From positions 1 to 64,000 of the forward strand of contig JBAZWP010000001.1 in assembly GCA_041660345.1 (NCBI GenBank): a DNA stretch of 64,000 bases, given 5' to 3'. This DNA is from Minisyncoccota bacterium. GTDB lineage: Bacteria > Patescibacteriota > Minisyncoccia > Phycocordibacterales > UBA9973. The notes beneath the pieces are model-generated. The model was not told where the DNA came from. It searched no databases and saw nothing but the letters and a program-made list of their open reading frames with translations. Of this stretch, positions 37,966 to 47,005 are shown piece after piece. Position 1 is the first letter of the stretch. Each line of letters starts with the position of its first letter. Position numbers and translations under genes: made by a program.

Positions 37966-38235
37966 TTATCCTTTTGTTATAACGTCACAATCCCATGCAA
38001 CCTTAGCAACAACTGTATATATTTTTTCGATACCTTCATATCGAATAGCAACATCTACTTTATGACCAGTGAATGGAAGAATAGATAAAGTTTCATGCTT
38101 TTTACGCATAAACATATTTATTGCAAATTTATTCCAATCATCATAATTTTCTAAATCTTCTGGAACAGATACTTTTTCCCATTCGGTACTTATAGTATTT
38201 GAATTTCCCACTATTCTAATTTCCATTTTTTTCAT
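37966..38235 (-). CDS. hypothetical protein
   Basis: 89-aa ORF. Confidence 0.3.
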   Translation of the reverse strand: MKKMEIRIVGNSNTISTEWEKVSVPEDLENYDDWNKFAINMFMRKKHETLSILPFTGHKVDVAIRYEGIEKIYTVVAKVAWDCDVITKG

Positions 38236-38504
38236 AACTCACGATCCTTATTTTGAATTGCAAAAGCAATATCACCTACACTTATACTCATTATTCGATG
38301 CAGCTTTGCACGAAGCAACCTGTTTTCTTCCTGAAGCTTTTTGTTTTCTTCAAAAAGGTGGTTTGCAAAACTGACAGTGTGTGCATGGTCATTTGATTGA
38401 CTTTTGTATATAAATTCCCAAGCTGCAGCACCAGGTAATACTTCTTCAAGTTTTGCTTTTTCTTCTTTAGTTAAATCCTTGACTGTCCCTTTTTTAATTT
38501 TCAT
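38232..38504 (-). CDS. hypothetical protein
   Basis: Start trimmed to the internal ATG (MKIKKGTV) behind GAGGGataat to remove overlap with the upstream gene. Confidence 0.3.
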   Translation of the reverse strand: MKIKKGTVKDLTKEEKAKLEEVLPGAAAWEFIYKSQSNDHAHTVSFANHLFEENKKLQEENRLLRAKLHRIMSISVGDIAFAIQNKDREL

Positions 38505-38505
38505 A

Positions 38506-39081
38506 TTATCCCTCGTTTTCAATAATGTTATATTTTTTACATGCTTCATCAAGTTCATCGTCTTCTTTGGTTCTACCATTAACTTCAATTATACGGTTAT
38601 CCCAATTAAGCCTAAAATCAGTAATGTAATCGATTGCAGCTTGTTTGTTATCGTTTTCAAAAGTGTGAATGAATCTTTGGTATGTAGCATATTTTTCGGG
38701 ATTACCTGCTACACAGATTGTATACTTTTTTCTTTTAATATCGTGGAAAAGGAATACTGGGACTTGATCTGTAATACACCAGTAAATCCCACCATGACCA
38801 TAAGGATCAACACCATGCTTTTCACATATTTTTTCGTATTCCCATTTTTTCATTGGTGTTTCTGGTTTATCAATATCTTTTCTAATGCAGCATGCTGGCT
38901 TTCTTTTAATATCGCAGCAGTCACATACATTAGTTGCATTATGATTATTTAAATGGCAACAAGGTGTATCTTGGATTAATTTACAGATATCACAGTTATA
39001 TTTAGTAACTGTTTTATCTATATCAGTTTTGATTTTATCGATGATTGCTAAGTTTTTCGGTTCTTTTTTAATAGCATCCAT
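38506..39081 (-). CDS. Cys-rich hypothetical protein
   Basis: 191-aa ORF with CDICK, CCHLNNHNATNVCDCCDIKRKPACC. Confidence 0.35.
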   Translation of the reverse strand: MDAIKKEPKNLAIIDKIKTDIDKTVTKYNCDICKLIQDTPCCHLNNHNATNVCDCCDIKRKPACCIRKDIDKPETPMKKWEYEKICEKHGVDPYGHGGIYWCITDQVPVFLFHDIKRKKYTICVAGNPEKYATYQRFIHTFENDNKQAAIDYITDFRLNWDNRIIEVNGRTKEDDELDEACKKYNIIENEG

Positions 39082-39096
39082 TGTTTTACCCTTTCA

Positions 39097-39555
39097 TTAG
39101 CAAATTTCAGAATCTAATCCCCACTTATCGCCTGTTCGATATATCACAACTCCACAAGTTCCACTTAAACCATGACCACTACCACCTAATACAGCCCATG
39201 CATTTGCAACTTCGCCGCATTCGCAAAGACCTAGTTTCTTTTGAATCTTGCTGTTACCACCTTCAGGTATGAATTTACGACCAAATTTGGTAGCCTCTGC
39301 ATCATCTAATAGCCAGCATAGTCCAAACTGACCATTTATGAGTTTTGCTGCCACTCGTCTTGTACCTTCATAGAGACCACAAAAATTAGCTTTACCACCA
39401 TTTTCAAGGATGACTGCACGAGTATCTGCAAGTCTTGCCGATAAATCAGACGCCCACTGAGTTAAAAACCCATCAGTATCACTTCTTTCAAATGATTCTT
39501 GGCTTCTGTTTCTTGATTGTTCTGCTTCTTGTCTGTATTCTTGTGCTGTTTTCAA
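39097..39555 (-). CDS. Gly/Cys-rich hypothetical protein in a locally GC-rich segment
   Basis: 152-aa ORF; GC content of 39100-39560 visibly higher than flanks; own consensus promoter and AGGAGATac RBS. Confidence 0.45.
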   Translation of the reverse strand: MKTAQEYRQEAEQSRNRSQESFERSDTDGFLTQWASDLSARLADTRAVILENGGKANFCGLYEGTRRVAAKLINGQFGLCWLLDDAEATKFGRKFIPEGGNSKIQKKLGLCECGEVANAWAVLGGSGHGLSGTCGVVIYRTGDKWGLDSEIC

Positions 39556-39581
39556 TTTGTATCTCCTTATTTATGAAACAC

Positions 39582-39610
39582 ATTATATACCAAAAAAAAT
39601 CATTTGTCAA
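39582..39610 (-). promoter_or_regulatory. consensus sigma70 promoter cassette (TTGACA-17-TATAAT)
   Basis: Minus-strand TTGACA 39605-39610, TATAAT 39582-39587. Confidence 0.6.
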
Positions 39611-39706
39611 GTCTTTTTTTAGCAATAAAAAAGGCTAGAACCTATCACTAATAACTGAGAATAAACCCAAATTACCGTGTGGTAAACTAGCCTTATAATT
39701 CTATAT

Positions 39707-40288
39707 TTATTTTGTAAAAGATGCTATAAGTATTGTCTCTAGGTCGTCAGCTTCATCTTCTACTACATATATTGAAATAAGCTTATCCATTGATGTATAG
39801 TATTCAGTTAAAAAAGTATTACCAGATTCAATTACACATCGTTCTAAATGGTATAAAGCCTCTTTTATACTCTTCTCATGCGAAGGCTGCATCTTAGATA
39901 TATTTCGATTTAAAAGTTTAGATGTTCTACCAGCCTCGAGAATCATCTTATTTTCATCATGGTTTTTATCCATTAGATATCTTCGTACTAAATTAATACA
40001 ATCAAGTGTTTCAGTATCTCTTTGCTTTTCATCCAAATACTTCTTAAATAAGTACTCCAAGGACTCTAAATTGAATTTCATAAGGGTTGGTTTGAGTAAT
40101 ACACCGGAAGCCCATACAGCACCTTTTAAACCAATCAGGCGACATATCTTGCTAATATCAATACTGACATTTTCCATCATTCTATTACTAAAGACGTCTT
40201 CAATTCTGTCATAATAGCTTGTTGTAGAGAAAGGCAATTCCTTTAAAGTTTTAAGGCAAATTTCATTTTCATATTTATTGTTTAGCAC
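39707..40288 (-). CDS. hypothetical protein
   Basis: 193-aa ORF. Confidence 0.3.
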   Translation of the reverse strand: MLNNKYENEICLKTLKELPFSTTSYYDRIEDVFSNRMMENVSIDISKICRLIGLKGAVWASGVLLKPTLMKFNLESLEYLFKKYLDEKQRDTETLDCINLVRRYLMDKNHDENKMILEAGRTSKLLNRNISKMQPSHEKSIKEALYHLERCVIESGNTFLTEYYTSMDKLISIYVVEDEADDLETILIASFTK

Positions 40289-40484
40289 TCTTTTTCTCCT
40301 TTTTTGAGATTTCTAATCCTGTTTCAACATCAATTACTTTACCTAGACATGGGCAAGGTAAAGTTATACCAGGTCCATTATAATTTCTTTTTAATACGCC
40401 CATACCATTACATTCTCTTTTAACGCACTGTGATTTAGGCATATGTTCAACTTCGTACCATTTACTTCTAATATATGCTTTCAT
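40275..40484 (-). CDS. Cys-containing small protein
   Basis: 69-aa ORF. Confidence 0.25.
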   Translation of the reverse strand: MKAYIRSKWYEVEHMPKSQCVKRECNGMGVLKRNYNGPGITLPCPCLGKVIDVETGLEISKKEKKSAKQ

Positions 40485-40510
40485 ATATTAAATATACACT
40501 TATTTAGATT

Positions 40511-40816
40511 TTAATTTAACTTTGCTTTAACTAATGATTGTCTAAAACTATCCTGTAAAACTTTACCACACCATAATCCTTTTTTTCGATTACTTACTTT
40601 ATGTGTTTTAGGATTAAGATATAAGTCTTCACCAGCTTTATACTTTAACCTTTTATCACAGTCTAATTCACAACTAGTAGCTTGATAAACTATACCTTCT
40701 TTTGTATAAAATCCGATCCACTTTTCATATATACCCATTTTACCTATTTTATTTTCAGGTAAATGTGGAATCATAATAGTATAATACAAAGCTGTTTTTG
40801 ATAATATATTACTCAT
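40511..40816 (-). CDS. hypothetical protein
   Basis: 101-aa ORF. Confidence 0.3.
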   Translation of the reverse strand: MSNILSKTALYYTIMIPHLPENKIGKMGIYEKWIGFYTKEGIVYQATSCELDCDKRLKYKAGEDLYLNPKTHKVSNRKKGLWCGKVLQDSFRQSLVKAKLN

Positions 40817-41262
40817 ATTTCTATTTCTATAGAGCGTCTTTCGACAATAGTTATTTCATATTTTGAAGGAAGAATTTCTAAAATGTCTTTTGCTCTTAAA
40901 TTATTATTTTTAAAGAGCTTATTAGCTAATCTTATTAAAGTAGCTTTGTCACATTTTTCAAATATTTCAGAAAAGTTATCTAGGAAATATTCACATTCAG
41001 GTTCATTAACTATAGACTCTAAGATAGGAACAGCGTCTAGTCCAAGCTGTAATAAATCAGACGACGCTTTAACAAGCCTGTCAGCATTACCTTTTTCCCT
41101 AAATTCTTTTATTTCGGGTATTCTTAGGATGGGTTCACTTTCTGTTATAAATTGAATACCTGAACGATGACCATAATAAATTGCATCTTTTTTAATAGCA
41201 TTCATTAAATCATTAGCTTTTTCTTCATTAGACTTAAATAAGCTTTTCAAAAATTTTAACAT
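40813..41262 (-). CDS. hypothetical protein
   Basis: 149-aa ORF. Confidence 0.3.
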   Translation of the reverse strand: MLKFLKSLFKSNEEKANDLMNAIKKDAIYYGHRSGIQFITESEPILRIPEIKEFREKGNADRLVKASSDLLQLGLDAVPILESIVNEPECEYFLDNFSEIFEKCDKATLIRLANKLFKNNNLRAKDILEILPSKYEITIVERRSIEIEI

Positions 41263-41280
41263 TATTTCTCCTCATCAAGT

Positions 41281-42159
41281 TTAAAACTTAGTTGACACCG
41301 TACCACCTATATACACACTTTTTAAATCTGTGTTAATAGTTGGTGAAATATATGTATCATGTAATAAACTTGTAAAGTTAATCAAATTAAATCCAATAGG
41401 TGTGATTGCTAAATAGACACCTTTATCATTAAAATCTTTAATAAATCCTTTAGATGCACCAATTCCTAATAATGATATTGATTCAGGTTGTAATACTTTA
41501 GCGACAAATTCAGGCCACGCTAATGTGACATCGAATATATTAACATAAATATTTGCAGAATTAGGAAAGGAAACGCCACCCATTAATGTAGGATTAAACA
41601 AGAGTAGATCAACGTTCTTTTGAACTTGCATATCCGTGATCTTAATGGGTAGCTTGTTTCCTTTATCATCTAATTCATATATTTCAGCTATAGTGTACTC
41701 AGCTGGCATATAAGGAAATCGACTATGCTTTGTAGTGTATATGTTTTCTCTAAACTTTTGATTTAAAGTATAATCAACATAACCTGTTGCAGCATCAGCA
41801 TACCCTTTTATATGAAAATCACTGAATGTTAATGAAGTTGGTGGGCACTTATTGTCTACACATTGACCTGATACATTTTGAGTTATAACTTGAGGCTTAC
41901 CATAATAAGTACTTTCAGCTTCGATATAGATTATCTTATCGATTGTTGCATTATACTTATCTGCAATATCTTGAATCTCTTTAGGTAATTTCCCTAATAA
42001 ATAAACAGGCTTATCTTTTACAATAGTATAAGTGCTTTCACCATATATAGGTTCAGGCTTATGGTCATAAAATATATAATAAACTAATCCAATATTCACT
42101 ACAACTGATAGTATAGTAAAACCTAACCAATATAAAAATGTATCACTTTTTATTTCCAT
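41281..42159 (-). CDS. N-terminally membrane-anchored hypothetical protein
   Basis: 292-aa ORF with TM helix WLGFTILSVVVNIGLVYYIF. Confidence 0.35.
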   Translation of the reverse strand: MEIKSDTFLYWLGFTILSVVVNIGLVYYIFYDHKPEPIYGESTYTIVKDKPVYLLGKLPKEIQDIADKYNATIDKIIYIEAESTYYGKPQVITQNVSGQCVDNKCPPTSLTFSDFHIKGYADAATGYVDYTLNQKFRENIYTTKHSRFPYMPAEYTIAEIYELDDKGNKLPIKITDMQVQKNVDLLLFNPTLMGGVSFPNSANIYVNIFDVTLAWPEFVAKVLQPESISLLGIGASKGFIKDFNDKGVYLAITPIGFNLINFTSLLHDTYISPTINTDLKSVYIGGTVSTKF

Positions 42160-42179
42160 ATATATGGTATTTTTAGCAA

Positions 42180-42398
42180 CTACTTAACCATTTTATTACT
42201 TATATCAGTAAATACACTAATCATTTCTTTTAATAAAACCTCTTGTCGATAATGTCTAACACACTCAAAGCATAATTGTTGCTTATCTTTATTATAGATA
42301 ATATCAAATTTATTCTTTAAGCATATCATACAACGATGATCACCACCTTGTGAAAATTCCCATTTCTCATTCCCTATCATAACAACATCATTAAACAT
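42180..42398 (-). CDS. Cys-containing small protein
   Basis: 72-aa ORF. Confidence 0.25.
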   Translation of the reverse strand: MFNDVVMIGNEKWEFSQGGDHRCMICLKNKFDIIYNKDKQQLCFECVRHYRQEVLLKEMISVFTDISNKMVK

Positions 42399-42399
42399 G

Positions 42400-42837
42400 T
42401 TAGCTCTTCTTACTTATTTGTTTTAAGTTTAGTTCTAGTTTATATAGTATACTATCGTGGTCACCTTTAATTTTAATAATAGCTTTCTTAAGGTCTTTTA
42501 GTAATGGTTTTTTATTATGATACTCGTACGCTGTATGCCAAGCACTACCATTATTACAATTATTTAATACACACTCATGACACTTATGAGAGTTATTACT
42601 TCCACTATAATGAAATGAACATAGTGGACATGTGCTATCTCTACAACCTAATTCCCAACTATCATTATCTATACATTCATCACTAGGATTATTTTGAAGC
42701 CACTTTATATAACTAATAATAAGTGCTATATCACCATCTTTTTTATTATGATACTTATATGTGTAATGAAGTAATTTATCGTATACGATTGGGTATTTAT
42801 CTGAAAGTTCTTCTATTCTTTTTATAAATTCATTCAT
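42400..42837 (-). CDS. Cys-rich SYIKWxQN-family protein (paralog 3 of 4)
   Basis: ISYIKWLQNNP...STCPLCSFH motif; tandem with paralog 4. Confidence 0.4.
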   Translation of the reverse strand: MNEFIKRIEELSDKYPIVYDKLLHYTYKYHNKKDGDIALIISYIKWLQNNPSDECIDNDSWELGCRDSTCPLCSFHYSGSNNSHKCHECVLNNCNNGSAWHTAYEYHNKKPLLKDLKKAIIKIKGDHDSILYKLELNLKQISKKS

Positions 42838-42839
42838 AA

Positions 42840-43307
42840 TTAATCCTTTACTAATTTCTTTAATATTTTTTCTGTCTTATTGATAAGCGCACGATGCTTT
42901 ATAGGTTTAATTTTACAAATAAACTCTTCTAATTTTTTAATCAAAACTCTTTTGTTATTATTATATTGTATTTCTGTCCAATGATTTAATTTATTACCAG
43001 TTTTAAAGTCTGTTTCAGTACAACAGCTAACTAAAGGGCAACTATTACATCTATAACTGATTTTAGAAAAAGAATTACCGTGAACAGCGCATAATGGGCA
43101 GCTGCGTTCATTACAACCAAGCGTCCATGTTCCACCACCTAAAAGGTTTATACTTCTTTTATATTTATTTTGTAACCATTTTACATAGCTTAAAATAAGT
43201 GCAGTGTCTTTATCTTTAAGATCGCTATATATATAATCTATTAAGTAACCTTCGTCTAAACGATACTTTTTTGAAAGCAACTTAATCTTAGTTATAAATT
43301 CATTCAT
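42840..43307 (-). CDS. Cys-rich SYIKWxQN-family protein (paralog 4 of 4)
   Basis: LSYVKWLQNKYK...RSCPLCAVHG motif. Confidence 0.4.
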   Translation of the reverse strand: MNEFITKIKLLSKKYRLDEGYLIDYIYSDLKDKDTALILSYVKWLQNKYKRSINLLGGGTWTLGCNERSCPLCAVHGNSFSKISYRCNSCPLVSCCTETDFKTGNKLNHWTEIQYNNNKRVLIKKLEEFICKIKPIKHRALINKTEKILKKLVKD

Positions 43308-43308
43308 T

Positions 43309-43563
43309 TTATTTTTCCTCGAATGCGGATAGTACTATATCTGTTCTAGATACTACCACATATTTTTTTTGAATACCATCCACTTCAATTAATACATGAT
43401 ATTCTTCACCAGCTTCTAAATCGCCTGAGTAATGGTTTTGTACCCAATCTTCTATAGCTTTATAGATATAAACATCAAAAGGTGATTCAACTTCAATATT
43501 GTGCCAGCTATCCCAGCTGTCTTCTACTTCCCAATCGATACCTATTTTAATTTGTTTATTCAT
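43309..43563 (-). CDS. hypothetical protein
   Basis: 84-aa ORF. Confidence 0.3.
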   Translation of the reverse strand: MNKQIKIGIDWEVEDSWDSWHNIEVESPFDVYIYKAIEDWVQNHYSGDLEAGEEYHVLIEVDGIQKKYVVVSRTDIVLSAFEEK

Positions 43564-43564
43564 T

Positions 43565-43813
43565 TTACACGCTTATATACGAATAATACCACGCAACATA
43601 ACCTAATCCAACTAAAATAAAACCAAATACTGCAACACATGTTAGTATATCTATAAATTCCATAGTAAATTTAACCTTACCCTCTTTTACATCATCACAA
43701 ATTACACATATACCAAAGCATATAAACATTAAGAAAAACCCAAGTGGATTTTGAAGTGTAAAACAAAATGCTAACCCACCAAAAAAAGCCGCATTACCTA
43801 CTCTATCAACCAT
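43565..43813 (-). CDS. small two-TM membrane protein (holin-like topology)
   Basis: 82-aa ORF with two hydrophobic helices. Confidence 0.3.
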   Translation of the reverse strand: MVDRVGNAAFFGGLAFCFTLQNPLGFFLMFICFGICVICDDVKEGKVKFTMEFIDILTCVAVFGFILVGLGYVAWYYSYISV

Positions 43814-44001
43814 AAATTCGCCCTCATTTTATTTTTTACATCTTCTATTATTAAATTACGTGCTTCATATAATGTTAATGTTATAGGATATACTATATCA
43901 AACGCACACCAATTAATGCAAAATGAATATGTAATACCATTAATATTATGGTAGCTTATACCACACCAGTCTAAATGGCATCCTATACATTTATCACTCA
44001 T
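43798..44001 (-). CDS. Cys/Trp-rich small protein
   Basis: 67-aa ORF. Confidence 0.25.
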   Translation of the reverse strand: MSDKCIGCHLDWCGISYHNINGITYSFCINWCAFDIVYPITLTLYEARNLIIEDVKNKMRANLWLIE

Positions 44002-44471
44002 CTCTTTTTCCTTTCCATCATTTTTACCACTTCATCAGGGACTATATCTTTAAGTGAACCACCGAAGTGAAATATTTCCTTAGCTGCAGTTGAACTAATA
44101 TAAGAGTATGCTGGATCTGTCATTATAAATATTGTTTCAATATCTTTATCTAGTTTTTTATTTATAAAAGACATGGTTGATTCAAATTCAAAATCAGCTA
44201 TAGAGCGCATGCCACGAATTAATATTGTAGCATTATGCTTTTTTGCAAGGTTAACTAAAAGCTCGTCTGATATTACAACTTCTATATAAGGCATACACCT
44301 TTTAATTATATCTACCCTTTCTTCAGGAGAGAAAAAGCATTTTTTACTAATGTTTTGAGCAACTGCTATAATAAGTTTATCGCATATTCTCAATCCACGT
44401 TTGATAATTTCAATATGACCATATGTTAATGGGTCAAATGAGCCAGCGTATATTGCTATTTTTTCAGACAT
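43998..44471 (-). CDS. coaD: phosphopantetheine adenylyltransferase
   Basis: IAIYAGSFDPLTYGHIEII matches the CoaD (H/T)xGH nucleotidyltransferase motif; ATILIRGMRSIADFEFE aligns with E. coli CoaD ATVLIRGLRAVADFEYE; ISSTAAKEI matches ISSSLVKEV. Confidence 0.85.
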   Translation of the reverse strand: MSEKIAIYAGSFDPLTYGHIEIIKRGLRICDKLIIAVAQNISKKCFFSPEERVDIIKRCMPYIEVVISDELLVNLAKKHNATILIRGMRSIADFEFESTMSFINKKLDKDIETIFIMTDPAYSYISSTAAKEIFHFGGSLKDIVPDEVVKMMERKKR

Positions 44472-44476
44472 TTATA

Positions 44477-44977
44477 TCACCTATATACTACTACAATTTT
44501 ATTTGATAAATGCTTATCTAAAATTTCTTTTACTTTAGCGGCATCTAAAAAACCATAACCAATACCCGGAAATGGTAATATTGCTGGGATATTTAATTCT
44601 TTTAGTTCAACACAACTCTGCTCGATTATATCAATATCAGCAATACATGCGAATCCAGGCACCCTATCACCAATTTTATATTTATGTCTTTGGTGTGGTA
44701 CGACTTCATCTAAACTAGATATTAACCTAAACCTAGGTTTAACAGGGAACATTATTAAGTCGCTATTGATTATATTAACATGTGGGTCACCTTCTTGCAT
44801 TAGTATTGAACCAACTTTAAAAGTGAGCCCTGGATACTTCTGGGATGCTTCATAAGCACATCCTCGACCCATAACAGCTTCACCATTCTTTTTAACAAAG
44901 CCATTAATGGTTATACAAGCATGTATCTTAAGCTTATCTTTTAAATCCCATAAGTCATGTTTTACGTATTGAGGCAC
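44477..44977 (-). CDS. macro-domain-like protein (putative ADP-ribose binding/processing)
   Basis: N-terminal ...ITINGFVKKNGEAVMGRGCA... glycine-rich motif typical of macro-like folds; assignment moderate. Confidence 0.4.
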   Translation of the reverse strand: MPQYVKHDLWDLKDKLKIHACITINGFVKKNGEAVMGRGCAYEASQKYPGLTFKVGSILMQEGDPHVNIINSDLIMFPVKPRFRLISSLDEVVPHQRHKYKIGDRVPGFACIADIDIIEQSCVELKELNIPAILPFPGIGYGFLDAAKVKEILDKHLSNKIVVVYR

Positions 44978-44979
44978 AA

Positions 44980-45267
44980 CTAATACTCACTACCGCTTTC
45001 ACATTTTTTCATTTCATTTTTAAATTGACAACTAACTGAATTTGGATCACTTGCTCTAACAATATAACAAATAACCTCATCGTTTTCATATCGCATTATT
45101 TCTGTATCTTCTAGAAAATTAGAATCTATACTAGCGACTATTTCTGTTTTGCCATTTAATTTATTTTCAGGTGATGTTGGTGTACTTGTTTGAATAGTAC
45201 AAGACATTAAAAACCAAACAGTAAGTAATGCTGCAGCTACTATTACTGTATCAACAAATTTTGTCAT
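44980..45267 (-). CDS. putative lipoprotein
   Basis: Signal peptide with lipobox-like LMSC (LLTVWFLMSCT). Confidence 0.4.
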   Translation of the reverse strand: MTKFVDTVIVAAALLTVWFLMSCTIQTSTPTSPENKLNGKTEIVASIDSNFLEDTEIMRYENDEVICYIVRASDPNSVSCQFKNEMKKCESGSEY

Positions 45268-45458
45268 TTTACTTTCTCCTTTTCAAGAAACGTTAAGCTA
45301 CCAAATACAACTACATTTGTATCTTTAAAGTCTTCTTTAAGTGCTTGTAAATTTTCAATAATAAATTCTAATTTAACATCCTGAGATGTTAAAGTAGTTA
45401 TGAAATTATACGTGTCTGGAATTACTTCTTTCTCAACCGTGTCGATATGTTCGTCCAT
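45264..45458 (-). CDS. hypothetical small protein
   Basis: 64-aa ORF. Confidence 0.25.
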   Translation of the reverse strand: MDEHIDTVEKEVIPDTYNFITTLTSQDVKLEFIIENLQALKEDFKDTNVVVFGSLTFLEKEKVK

Positions 45459-45711
45459 TTGATTTCCCTTTTAATGAAATTATATAGTCATCAACTGTAG
45501 AGCCACTAACGCTAATTGTAGAGTTTGGTATTTCATATTTATATGTACGTGCATCCTTAGAAGTTGTTGTTATACTGTGGTCATAAGAAATAAATCTTAG
45601 TTCATTATTTTCTAGTCGCACCTTAACACTTAAACCATCTTCTAAGTCTTGCTTTAATTTATCGAAGATTAGTTTAAGCTTTTTATACTTTTGCTTATAG
45701 CTTTCTTTCAT
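45433..45711 (-). CDS. hypothetical protein
   Basis: 92-aa ORF. Confidence 0.25.
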   Translation of the reverse strand: MKESYKQKYKKLKLIFDKLKQDLEDGLSVKVRLENNELRFISYDHSITTTSKDARTYKYEIPNSTISVSGSTVDDYIISLKGKSNGRTYRHG

Positions 45712-45914
45712 TTGTTTTCTTTAATACACTTTTTACATCTCTCTACTTGACCGTAATCCATATCACCTATAATTTCATGTGAAAAAGTCAAGTTTATTTT
45801 ATATAGCATACATAAAGGATTAACGTCTTTATAATCTAATTCAGGGCAGATATCCTTACAAAATCCTTTTAAATATTTTATCTTATGCGTCTTAGTGACA
45901 TTTTTAGTTGTCAT
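45708..45914 (-). CDS. Cys-containing small protein
   Basis: 68-aa ORF. Confidence 0.25.
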   Translation of the reverse strand: MTTKNVTKTHKIKYLKGFCKDICPELDYKDVNPLCMLYKINLTFSHEIIGDMDYGQVERCKKCIKENK

Positions 45915-47005
45915 TGTAATCCTTTCACTCCATCAATAATTTGTTTAATGCTTCTTAATGCACGAATAGACTCATCTTCTCGAATGATTTCTGCACTTGA
46001 TAATGAGCCATAGTGTTCTTCAAGACAGTTTAATAACAGTTCTTTAATTCTTTTTTCGTCAGGACCATATGGTAAACGCTTTGTTTCAATAGCGTTATGA
46101 TACATCCTTTCTAATTCAAGTTCTTTTTCTTTATACCAAATTTCAACATCTTCAATAGAGCGTTCGCCTCGACGAATTGTTTTAAGCTGTTCTCTATTTC
46201 GCTCAAGGTCAAGCGTTCCTTCGATAAGGATTTGTTCACATTCTAATGCAAGTCTTACAACATGATATAAAAACTTAACATCAAACCCTATTATCTTTAC
46301 TTGTTCAGCTCGTTTAGATCCTTCAACAGTTCTTTGATATAAATTTTTATACGCTTCTATATCAATATCATTAAGGTGGCTAAGTACTTGAATAGTACCA
46401 CGCTTTTCAAATTCAGATTGAACTTCACTTAATTGTAATGTATGTGGGATAAGCTTATCACCTTCAAATTCTATTAATTCGTTTAATCCTTCATGTTCTT
46501 TATCTTTAGCCTTATGAAGTTGGCTATGTGCATATCCTTTGAATTTTTGGAATGAACCAGCATGTAAGAAGATATGTCGATTTTCGCGTACCATTTCACC
46601 GACTCGTGTAATGTGAAGAATACAACGAGGTGGTACAAATAAAAGGTCAACCATGTTGGGGTTATTTTCCATACAAAGTTGGAAGCATCTTACAATACCA
46701 TACATTGTGAAGTCGTATTTTCTTTTTTCGTCCTTATTGACAACATGATGCTGTTGCCATGGATCTTTTTTATGTTCTTCTTCCTCTTTTTTCTTTGACC
46801 CAAATCCATTAATAACTCCAGCAGTATGCGGGAAAACAATGTATTTAGGTGGAATATAAAACCCATTAACATCCATATCGGACGTATCATCACTTACACC
46901 GTAGCTAACTGAACCTACAATAGCTTCGTAGGCGATGCTACCAGGAATATATGATGGTGGGTTAATTAACCCAAGCTTCTGAATTCGTTGTACTGTCGAT
47001 GGCAT
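45911..47005 (-). CDS. Pol-beta superfamily nucleotidyltransferase
   Basis: GSVSYGVSDDTSDMDV matches the GS-x(9-13)-DxD minimal nucleotidyltransferase motif; 364 aa. Confidence 0.5.
   Translation of the reverse strand: MPSTVQRIQKLGLINPPSYIPGSIAYEAIVGSVSYGVSDDTSDMDVNGFYIPPKYIVFPHTAGVINGFGSKKKEEEEHKKDPWQQHHVVNKDEKRKYDFTMYGIVRCFQLCMENNPNMVDLLFVPPRCILHITRVGEMVRENRHIFLHAGSFQKFKGYAHSQLHKAKDKEHEGLNELIEFEGDKLIPHTLQLSEVQSEFEKRGTIQVLSHLNDIDIEAYKNLYQRTVEGSKRAEQVKIIGFDVKFLYHVVRLALECEQILIEGTLDLERNREQLKTIRRGERSIEDVEIWYKEKELELERMYHNAIETKRLPYGPDEKRIKELLLNCLEEHYGSLSSAEIIREDESIRALRSIKQIIDGVKGLQ

Noticed and set aside
38404-38952. Plus-strand 182-aa hydrophobic ORF
   Set aside because: Antisense to two well-packed minus-strand genes; F/I/L-rich composition is characteristic of reverse frames of AT-rich coding DNA.
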